Origin: Aurantimonas sp.
GTDB lineage: Bacteria; Pseudomonadota; Alphaproteobacteria; Rhizobiales; Rhizobiaceae
Assembly: GCA_965217685.1 (NCBI GenBank)
Contig: CBDCIZ010000003.1
Span: 697,657-761,656 of the forward strand
Direction: 5' to 3'
DNA length: 64,000 nucleotides
Part shown: positions 56,660 through 64,000 of the stretch, piece by piece
How positions within the stretch are numbered: the stretch's first letter is position 1
Layout of the letters: every line of letters begins with the position of its first letter
Translations under genes and position numbers: made by a program
The notes under the pieces: model-generated
Told to the model about the DNA's origin: nothing
What the model saw: the letters and a program-made list of their open reading frames with translations, nothing else
Database searches by the model: none

Positions 56660-57358
56660 GTGAGTGATATCATGCAACCGGGCGCTGCCGACGAAGCCTA
56701 TCGGTTCATCAGGGATGGTATTGTCTCTGACCGGTTTCCAGAGGGATCACGTCTCGCGGAAGAAGAGTTGGCGCGGTTGTCCGGGTTGAGCCGCACGCCT
56801 GTCCGGGAAGCTATCAAACGTCTGGCTGCGGAGGGTTTTGCGATTACCAAGCCGCGGTCCAGTGCAACGGTGGCCTCCTGGAGCAGCGACAAAGTCGCGG
56901 GTTTGTTTGGCACAAGAGCGGTGCTCGAAAGCTATGGCTGCTCTCTCGTTGCCAGGAATGCGACGGAAGCCGATATTCGCTGCCTTGAGGCTATGTGCGA
57001 TCACATGGAAGGATTGTTGAATGGCCCGGATGACGATTTTCTAAGGGAATTTTCACAGTCCAATACCGAATTCCACATTCAGCTTCTCAAAATGTCAGGA
57101 AACAGGCACCTTCTCAGTGTCGCCGCACCGATGATCGATCTGGCCTTGATCATGCGAACCTACCGGAAGTTCTCGTCGGAAAGAATTCGCCGAAGCTGCA
57201 GTGACCACCGCGACATTGTCGCGGCCATTTCACGTGGAGATACGGCATGGGCTGAAGCCGCAATGAAGTCCCATATACTTGCGTCAATCGATATTGCTGC
57301 AAATGCAGCTTCCGCGTCAGGCAATGAAGTCTACAGCAAAGCCGGCGCAGTTCGATGA
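56660..57358 (+). CDS. GntR-family regulator with FCD domain
   Basis: 232 aa. wHTH LAEEELARLSGLSRTPVREAIKRLAAEGFA. GTG at 56660 or ATG at 56672. Confidence 0.85.
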   Translation: MSDIMQPGAADEAYRFIRDGIVSDRFPEGSRLAEEELARLSGLSRTPVREAIKRLAAEGFAITKPRSSATVASWSSDKVAGLFGTRAVLESYGCSLVARNATEADIRCLEAMCDHMEGLLNGPDDDFLREFSQSNTEFHIQLLKMSGNRHLLSVAAPMIDLALIMRTYRKFSSERIRRSCSDHRDIVAAISRGDTAWAEAAMKSHILASIDIAANAASASGNEVYSKAGAVR

Positions 57359-57362
57359 ACCC

Positions 57363-57629
57363 TTACCCCGTTTGCTCGTCACCAGGTACGGATTTTGCCA
57401 GCAGCCTGTAAACGGATGTGCGACCGATCTTCATTCGGCGTGCAATCGCAGCGGGTCCGAACTTTTCTTCGAGACGAAGTCTGTTGACCTTCGCGACATC
57501 GATCGCAGATTTGCGGCCGGTGTAAAAGCCGCTCGGCTTGGCGGCCTGGATACCTTCGAGTTGGCGCTCGCGCCTAAGATTGGTCTCGAACTCGGCAAAA
57601 ACGCCCAGCATGTCGAGGAACGCCTTATA
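57363..57629 (-). pseudogene. serine recombinase/resolvase C-terminal remnant
   Basis: KAFLDMLGVFAEFETNLRRERQLEGIQAAK..YTGRKSAIDV...IARRMKIGRTSVYRLL (resolvase E-helix plus HTH). A stop lies immediately upstream and no catalytic N-terminal domain is present. Confidence 0.65.
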
Positions 57630-57965
57630 CTAACGGCCCTAATTTTGACCGTTGCCCATGATCTAGTTGTGATTTGTGCGGCGCCGCGCCGACCTGTCCG
57701 ATCGTCGACACCATCGCCACCACCTTCAACCTTTGACCGTCGCCGCGGAACGTTTCCCACGCTTGGAACCGCGTCGTCGACACGAAACTCGCTTTTCACT
57801 GTGCGGTCACCGGCATCAAGCTGCCGATGCCTCCATCAAAGCTGATGTTCGGATTTCGGAATCATCCGCCCTGAGGCCGCCAACGCGGGACGCATTGTGC
57901 CCTTTTGATAAGCGAAATGAACGGAATGATCCCCTGGCCACTCACCACTCGGCCGCTGTAAACGC

Positions 57966-58688
57966 TCAGACGACACTCTTCACGCGGTCCCAGGTGTTCA
58001 TGAGGTGCCGGGCGAGCACCGCGCCAAGGCGCTTGCCGTCGCGGCGCCTTAGCGCTTCGGCCATCTCTTCGTGCTCACCCACAGCATCTGCCCAGGCACG
58101 TTGACCCTGATTGCCGAGAAAACGAATGCGTTTCAAACGTGACTGAATGGTCGCCTGGACGTCGATGAGCATGTTGTTGCGCGAGAGCTGGGCAATGCCT
58201 GAATGGATCGCCTGGTTCAGCTTGTAATACTGAAGGCGCTCCCGTTTTTCATAAAGTGCAATCATCGCGTCATGAAGTGCCAGGAGTTCGGCCAGTTCCT
58301 CATCGCTGGCGCGTTCGCAGGCCAGCCGTCCCGCGAGTTTCTCGAGTTCCGCAAGAACTTCGAGCATCGAAATCACGTCTTGTGGTGAAAGCCGTTTGAC
58401 CACGCTGCCCCTTGCCGGGCGAATATCGATCAGGCCCTCGCCGGCGAGCGTTCGCAGCGCCTCGCGAAGCGGCGTTCTCGATACGCCGAGGGTCTGGACC
58501 AGAACCGCCTCGTTGATCCTCTGATCCGGCTCCAGATGGCCTTCGATGATCATGTCGCGGATCCGGCTGGCCACCTGCTCGTGCAGCGTCTGGCGCTGAA
58601 TGAACCCGCTTTCATGGCCATCGGGCGGCTCGGTATTCGTCTCGCTCACGGCACCATGCTCTCCGGTTGGTCGTGACGCTTCTAACAA
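57966..58688 (-). CDS. GntR-family regulator with FCD domain
   Basis: 240 aa. INEAVLVQTLGVSRTPLREALRTLAGEGLI. Confidence 0.85.
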   Translation of the reverse strand: MLEASRPTGEHGAVSETNTEPPDGHESGFIQRQTLHEQVASRIRDMIIEGHLEPDQRINEAVLVQTLGVSRTPLREALRTLAGEGLIDIRPARGSVVKRLSPQDVISMLEVLAELEKLAGRLACERASDEELAELLALHDAMIALYEKRERLQYYKLNQAIHSGIAQLSRNNMLIDVQATIQSRLKRIRFLGNQGQRAWADAVGEHEEMAEALRRRDGKRLGAVLARHLMNTWDRVKSVV

Positions 58689-58713
58689 AAAAGCATTGTG
58701 CTCACCTAAAAAA

Positions 58714-58736
58714 ATATCGTATGCAAAATGCGATAT
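58714..58736. promoter_or_regulatory. candidate operator palindrome
   Basis: ATATCGTA-TGCAAAA-TGCGATAT (7/8-bp arms) in the divergent GntR/PdxA-family promoter region. Confidence 0.35.
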
Positions 58737-58760
58737 CCAGTAGAAGGGATGTGTCAGACC

Positions 58761-59837
58761 ATGCAGGAACCTCTTGTCGTCGCCTTTGCGCTCGGCGATC
58801 CCGCGGGCATCAGTCCCGAACTCGCCGCTCGCTTGATCAGCGAAAGCGCGGACATTCCGGCCAAGCTACTGATTCTCGGCGACCGACGGATCCTCGACAT
58901 GGGGGCCGGCCACGCCGGCATCACTCTGGACTTGCCGACGGTCAAGCTCGAGGAGCTCGGACCGCGACGGGTGGAGGAATCCTGCTTCGTCGATCTGCGG
59001 AACTGCGACCCAGCCGATCTTGAGATCGGCGTGGCCAGCGCCGCCGGCGGCAGCGCTGCGCTCGCAAATTTTCGTGGCGCTCTCCTGGCAGCCAAGGGCG
59101 GCCATGCCGATACGGTATTCTTCACCCCGTTCAACAAGCGCGCGATGCGACTTGCTGAATCAGACTATGTGGACGAGATCGGCTTTGTGAACCGGACTAT
59201 CGCAGCAGCCCGCAGCGGCAGCGAGTTCAATGTCCTCGACGAGGTCTGGAACGCTCGCTGTACGTCGCACATCCCGCTGTCGCAGGTCGCCGGCGCGCTC
59301 AGCGAGGAGCGCGTGTTCAAGAGCCTGATGTTGACCATTGAGACAATGCGAAGTGCGGGTTTCGAGCGGCCGCGTATTGGCGTTGCCGCGCTCAATCCCC
59401 ATGCCGGGGACGGCGGCAATTTTGGATACGAGGACGACGAGATTATCCTGCCGGCGGTGGAACGGGCGAAGGCCCGTCAGATGGCCGTAGCTGGTCCTAT
59501 TCCTTCCGACACCGTATTCATGCGAGCCCTCAAGGGCGAGTTCGACGCGGTACTCACGATGTATCACGACCAGGGACAGATCGCGATGAAGCTCATCGGC
59601 TTCGATCGCGGCGTGACCCTCATCGCCGGCTACCCGTTCCCGATCGTTACTCCGGCGCACGGCACCGCCTACGACATCGCCGGTCAGGGCCTCGCCAATC
59701 CGGGCGCCGGACGCAAGGCCCTTGAACTCGGGCTGAAGCTTGCAGGGCGCCAGCGCGACGCCGCGGTCGACGCGCCACTTCCGGACCGGACCCTGGCCGC
59801 GCTTTTCAGCCAAGGGGTTCAGCCCTCCCCCGCCTGA
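58761..59837 (+). CDS. PdxA-family NAD(P)-dependent metal-dependent dehydrogenase
   Basis: MQEPLVVAFALGDPAGISPEL ... NPHAGDGG ... TMYHDQGQIA ... TPAHGTAYDIAGQG are classical PdxA motifs. The track start at 58728 is probably too early. Confidence 0.85.
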   Translation: MQEPLVVAFALGDPAGISPELAARLISESADIPAKLLILGDRRILDMGAGHAGITLDLPTVKLEELGPRRVEESCFVDLRNCDPADLEIGVASAAGGSAALANFRGALLAAKGGHADTVFFTPFNKRAMRLAESDYVDEIGFVNRTIAAARSGSEFNVLDEVWNARCTSHIPLSQVAGALSEERVFKSLMLTIETMRSAGFERPRIGVAALNPHAGDGGNFGYEDDEIILPAVERAKARQMAVAGPIPSDTVFMRALKGEFDAVLTMYHDQGQIAMKLIGFDRGVTLIAGYPFPIVTPAHGTAYDIAGQGLANPGAGRKALELGLKLAGRQRDAAVDAPLPDRTLAALFSQGVQPSPA

Positions 59838-59918
59838 GGCGTGGGACGTGGGAACCGCTGCAAAACCTGTGAACGGGACGACCAGTAGCCAGTTTTTAAC
59901 GCAGATGGGAGGAATGAC

Positions 59919-60899
59919 ATGACGCAGACCACTTTGAAGGCACTTCTTGCCGGTGCCGTCCTGCTTGCCACTGGCGTCGCGGCCAGTGCGCAGGAAGAGA
60001 TCATTTTTGGCCTCAGCGCCGCGTCGGGCTCGCTTCAGGAGCGCACCGCCAGCGAATTTGCCAAACGCGCCAACGAAAAGCTCGGCGACAAGGCCGTGGT
60101 GAAGGTGTTCGACTCCTCGCAGCTCGGCAAGGACAAGGACATGATGCAGAAGATCAAGCTCGGGACGATGCAGATCACACTGCCGTCTTCGACCATGCCG
60201 GAGGTCGCACCCGAATACGCGATCTTCGACCTGCCGTTCCTGATCAAGGATCGCGACCAGCTGGCGCAGATCGACAAGACGCTGTTCAAGGACGTGCTGG
60301 TGCCCGCCGCCGAGGCGCAGGGCTATCGTCCACTCGCAATCTGGGAGAACGGGTTTCGCCAGATCACCAACAACGCCCGGCCAATCAACACGCCAGCCGA
60401 TCTCGACGGGCTGAAGATCCGGACCCCGAATTCGTCCTGGCGTGTGGCGATGTTCAAGGCCTACGGCGCTAATCCTACGCCGATGTCCTTCTCCGAAGTT
60501 TTCGTTGCGCTACAGACTGGTGTCATCGACGGGCAGGAGAACCCGCTCACCAACATCGAGGCAGGCAAGCTCGACGAGGTGCAGAAATATCTGTCACTGA
60601 CCGGGCACGTCTACTCGCCCGCTTATCCGACGGTCGGCATTGCCGCTTTCGAAAAGCTCGATCCGGAGATTCAGGATGTTCTGGCAACGACTGCGCAGGA
60701 AGTCGCCGTTTGGGCTCGTGAGCAAGGCGCGTCGGAGGACGGCAAGCTGCTCCAGGAGCTGAAGGACTCCGGCATGGAGGTCAACGAGGCCGATCATCAG
60801 GCCTTCGTCGACGCGTCCAAGCCGCTTTACGAGAAGTTCGCCAACGAAGTCGAAGGCGGCCAGGCGATGATCGACAGGGTGCAGTCGCTCACCGACTGA
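59919..60899 (+). CDS. TRAP transporter substrate-binding protein (DctP family)
   Basis: 326 aa. Signal peptide, then LKIRTPNS and TGVIDGQENP. Confidence 0.9.
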   Translation: MTQTTLKALLAGAVLLATGVAASAQEEIIFGLSAASGSLQERTASEFAKRANEKLGDKAVVKVFDSSQLGKDKDMMQKIKLGTMQITLPSSTMPEVAPEYAIFDLPFLIKDRDQLAQIDKTLFKDVLVPAAEAQGYRPLAIWENGFRQITNNARPINTPADLDGLKIRTPNSSWRVAMFKAYGANPTPMSFSEVFVALQTGVIDGQENPLTNIEAGKLDEVQKYLSLTGHVYSPAYPTVGIAAFEKLDPEIQDVLATTAQEVAVWAREQGASEDGKLLQELKDSGMEVNEADHQAFVDASKPLYEKFANEVEGGQAMIDRVQSLTD

Positions 60900-60986
60900 T
60901 CCCGAAACGTCAATTGCGGGGGCCGGGACGGACCGGGCCCCTCGCATTCGCCGCGCGCGCCACGCCGCACCGGTCCCGTCCCATCC

Positions 60987-61559
60987 TTGGAAAATCTGCC
61001 CATGTCACGGCTCGCCCGCTGGCTCGACATCGCCCTTCAGGCCGCGACGCTGTTCCTGCTGATCGCCCTCACCGGGGTCGTGCTTCTGGGCGTCGGCTTT
61101 CGCTATTCCGGCCATTCGCTGATCTGGTACGACGAGATCGCCTCGGTGATGCTCGCCTGGATCACGTTTACGGGGGCGGCGCTGGCGACGATGCGCAACG
61201 CCCATCTCGGCTTCAGCGGCCTTCTGTTCGCGCTGCCGGAGAATAGCCGGACGATTCTGTTTATCGTCGTCGAGGTGATCTTCATCGCCGTCTTCGTCGT
61301 GATCGGCTGGGCCGGCTGGGCGATCCTCGACATTTTCGGCAACGAGACGCTGATCTCCGTTCGCTTTGTTTCCCGCAGCTTCGTGCAGGCGATCCTGCCG
61401 GTCAGTGCCGCATTGATTGTTCTGGCGCGGCTCCTGACCCTGTCGGAGCGCTATCGCGACGTCCGTGAGGGATACGACCCTGAGCGGCGCGAGATCGAGG
61501 CCGAGATCGCGAGAGCCGAGACCGAAATGGGCGTCGCGCGCGCCGGAGAGCCGAAATGA
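60987..61559 (+). CDS. TRAP transporter small permease (DctQ family)
   Basis: 190 aa, 4 TM, with an unusually long charged C-terminal tail. Confidence 0.8.
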   Translation: MENLPMSRLARWLDIALQAATLFLLIALTGVVLLGVGFRYSGHSLIWYDEIASVMLAWITFTGAALATMRNAHLGFSGLLFALPENSRTILFIVVEVIFIAVFVVIGWAGWAILDIFGNETLISVRFVSRSFVQAILPVSAALIVLARLLTLSERYRDVREGYDPERREIEAEIARAETEMGVARAGEPK

Positions 61560-62839
61560 CCGAGGCTTTCATCCTGCTGCTGATGTTCGTGCTGATCGCC
61601 GTTGGCCTGCCGATCGCGGTCGCCATCCTCGCCAGCGCTCTGGTCGGCGTCTACGTGCTGAACGGCCATCTCGGCTTTCTCAACGCCGCGCTGTCGGTCT
61701 TCGACGGTGCGACCAGCTTTCCCCTCATCGCCATACCGCTGTTCATCCTGGCTGGAGCGCTGATGAACACCGGCGGCATCTCGAAGCGGCTGATCGCCTT
61801 CGTCTCGGCAATGATCGGCTTCCTTCGCGGCGGCCTTGCGATGGTCAATGTCGGCGTGTCGCTGTTCTTCGCCGAGATTTCAGGTTCCGCCGTCGCCGAT
61901 GTCGCGGCGATCGGCTCGGTGCTGATACCGGCGATGAAGAAGAAGGGCTACTCGCCCTATCTCGCCGCCGCCGTCACCTCCTCCTCCGCCTCGCTGGCGA
62001 TCATCATCCCGCCATCGATTCCGATGATCCTCTACGGGGCCCTGTCCGACACCTCGATTGTTCGGCTCTTCGTCGCTGGCATCGTGCCCGGATTGCTCGG
62101 TGGTCTCGGGATGATGGCGCTGTCATACTATTTCGCCGTTCGCTACGACCTGCCACGCGAAGAGGCCTTCAGCCTTTGCCGGCTCTGGCATGCGACGAAA
62201 GACGCTGCCTGGGCGCTGATCCTGCCGGTGATCATCCTCGGCGGCATCTTTGGCGGCTTCGTCACCGCCACCGAGGGGGCCGGGCTGGCGGTCGTTGCAG
62301 CGTTGCTAATTGGCGGCTTCGTCTATCGCGAGATCGACCTTCGCAAACTCTATTTTGCGCTGATCGACGGGGTGATCCAGACCGCCGTCGTCATGCTGCT
62401 GGTCGCGACCTCGGCGGTCCTCGGCCTCTATCTGACCGAGACCGAGATGCCGCAGCGCCTGGCCGCCAGCATCACCACGCTGACCACGGACAAATTCCTC
62501 GTCCTGATGATCATCAACGTCTTCCTCTTGTTCGTCGGCATGGTCCTGCACGGGGCTGCGGCGATCATCCTGACGGTGCCGATCTTCATGCCGCTGGTCC
62601 ACCAGATCGGCATCGATCCAATCCAGTTCGGCATCCTGTTGACGCTGAACATCGCCCTCGGACAGCAGACGCCGCCGGTCGCCAGCGTGCTGGTCACAGC
62701 CTGCTCGATCGCTCGCACCGACATCTGGAGGACGACGAAGACGAACTTGCCCTTCATCGGCGTTCTCTTCCTCATTCTGATGCTGGTCACCTACGTCCCG
62801 GCAGTTTCGCTTTCACTTGTAGACGTTTTTTACAAATAG
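61556..62839 (+). CDS. TRAP transporter large permease (DctM family)
   Basis: 427 aa, hydrophobic. 4-nt overlap with the DctQ stop. Confidence 0.9.
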   Translation: MTEAFILLLMFVLIAVGLPIAVAILASALVGVYVLNGHLGFLNAALSVFDGATSFPLIAIPLFILAGALMNTGGISKRLIAFVSAMIGFLRGGLAMVNVGVSLFFAEISGSAVADVAAIGSVLIPAMKKKGYSPYLAAAVTSSSASLAIIIPPSIPMILYGALSDTSIVRLFVAGIVPGLLGGLGMMALSYYFAVRYDLPREEAFSLCRLWHATKDAAWALILPVIILGGIFGGFVTATEGAGLAVVAALLIGGFVYREIDLRKLYFALIDGVIQTAVVMLLVATSAVLGLYLTETEMPQRLAASITTLTTDKFLVLMIINVFLLFVGMVLHGAAAIILTVPIFMPLVHQIGIDPIQFGILLTLNIALGQQTPPVASVLVTACSIARTDIWRTTKTNLPFIGVLFLILMLVTYVPAVSLSLVDVFYK

Positions 62840-63057
62840 GATATCGACAGACATCACGGCATCTTCATTACAAATGGCGATCGATTCTTCGGTTTGGTCA
62901 GCTACGACAGGCATGGTGGCCTCCAGAGTCGATCGGTTGAACAACCTCAGTCTGCCAGGGAGCGGTTGCTATCCACCCCATGAGGTCTTTGTTGGAAATA
63001 ACCCCAGATGCGCAGGTCGGTCCCGAGCGAGTTCAGAAACACGACAGCAGGGCCCTA

Positions 63058-63170
63058 CTCTTCGGCTCGCCGTGCTTGCTCGTATGGCCCATCACCACCA
63101 CGACCCGGCCCACGCCCGCCACGAGGTCCATCGCCCCGCCCATCCCCTTGGCCAACTCGACAACGACAAC
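63058..63170 (-). pseudogene. 3-oxoacid CoA-transferase subunit B remnant
   Basis: The reverse strand reads ..[33 protein letters not shown], matching the conserved [19 protein letters not shown] block. The flanks are out of frame or degenerate. Confidence 0.4.
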
Positions 63171-63298
63171 CTATTGAGGCCTCATAGCAAAATAATCAGC
63201 GACCGCTTCCGGAATCGTCTAAAGGACGGCTGAAACGGGCATCAGGCGGCATGTCAGCCGCGATTTGAAAGCATGGGGCTAGGAATCTGCGTTTGGCT

Positions 63299-64000
63299 TT
63301 AAATTCCGCCCAGGCGGGAAAGCGCTTTCCCCATCACAACAAACTTTCGATCGCGTTCTTCAGTCAATTCACGGATGCTTCTCCCTTTCGTTTCTGCCAT
63401 CGTCCCGGAGATCAGCGCCTCCCGTAAAGGCGCGTCGAGTTTCGGCTTCCCAAGGTCATCCCAACGCCGCTGCTGGCTGTCGCCGAGATGATCGAGATAA
63501 TGGCGGATGCCGCCCTCCCCGCCGCCGAGATGGTAGATCATGTGCGGCCCGTTGGTCGCCCAGCGCAGGCCCGGGCCGTTGCGCACCGCCGCGTCGATGT
63601 CCTCGACCGTCGCGACGCCCTCCGCGACCAGATGCACCGCCTCACGGTACAGCGCCGCGCCGAGCCGCCCGGCGATATGGCCCTGGATTTGCTTCTTCAA
63701 AAGCACCGGCGACTTGCCGAGGACGGTGTAGAAGGTCATCACGCGTTCGAGTACCGCTGGGTCTGTCGCTGGCCCTCCTGAAACCTCGACGAGCGGCAGG
63801 AGATGCGGCGGATTGAACGGATGGCCGGCGACGCAGCGTTCCGGATGGGCCAGGGCCGACTGGATGTCGCCGATCAGAAGCGCCGAGGTCGACGAAGCGA
63901 GGATCGCGTCGGGCGCGACGAAGCACTCGATGTCGACGAACAGCGCCCGCTTGAGATCGATTTTTTCCGGTGCGTTCTCCTGGACCATATGGACGTCGGC
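63299..64000 (-). CDS. 3-hydroxyacyl-CoA-dehydrogenase-family protein, L-carnitine-dehydrogenase-like; 5' end beyond the window
   Basis: VQENAPEKIDLKRALF...SSTSAL...GHPFNPPHLLPLVEV..G..T...GKSPV...GHIAGRL...GPGLRWA..GP...HLGGGEGGIRHYLDHLG. The reading frame is still open at 64000. Confidence 0.75.
   Translation of the reverse strand, partial: ADVHMVQENAPEKIDLKRALFVDIECFVAPDAILASSTSALLIGDIQSALAHPERCVAGHPFNPPHLLPLVEVSGGPATDPAVLERVMTFYTVLGKSPVLLKKQIQGHIAGRLGAALYREAVHLVAEGVATVEDIDAAVRNGPGLRWATNGPHMIYHLGGGEGGIRHYLDHLGDSQQRRWDDLGKPKLDAPLREALISGTMAETKGRSIRELTEERDRKFVVMGKALSRLGGI

Noticed and set aside
57630-57965. Search for a transposase or res-site remnant between the resolvase fragment and the GntR gene.
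   Set aside because: All six frames give only short, motif-free peptides, and I found no recognisable inverted repeats.

Overview
High-GC (~60%+) alphaproteobacterial, Rhizobiaceae-like accessory replicon segment; the taxon is inferred from gene content only. It is a dense patchwork of catabolic and transport modules with one decayed mobile-element zone. Left to right: (1) partial biotin carboxylase/BCCP operon, LysR and a LamB/YcsF (PxpA-type) gene. (2) A ~15 kb co-directional array: AraC, hydantoinase A/B-type ATP-dependent amidohydrolase, CUT2 ABC transporter, three-subunit molybdenum hydroxylase, class-III aminotransferase, then a decayed second hydantoinase-like gene. (3) A ~9 kb minus-strand operon (ALDH, M19 dipeptidase-like, BCCT transporter, two proteins I cannot assign, Ldh_2 oxidoreductase, FAD oxidoreductase) with a divergent LysR; this is the best candidate for undescribed biology. 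(4) SAF-domain dehydrogenase plus TAXI-TRAP. (5) Orphan degenerate HNH-like gene. (6) GntR, Cys/Met-family PLP enzyme and CUT1 ABC operon. (7) IS graveyard: IS481-like remnant, IS4-like element with two frameshifts, IS6-like element with a frameshift, two resolvase remnants. (8) HisD-like/SDR/HpcH-aldolase/TAXI-TRAP cluster whose LacI regulator and RraA-like gene are both inactivated. (9) DctPQM TRAP plus ICL/PEP-mutase module. (10) GntR, PdxA-family gene and DctPQM. (11) Carnitine-dehydrogenase-like gene next to a CoA-transferase remnant. No rRNA, tRNA or CRISPR was seen. All family calls rest on motif recognition in the translated ORFs; no database search was possible.
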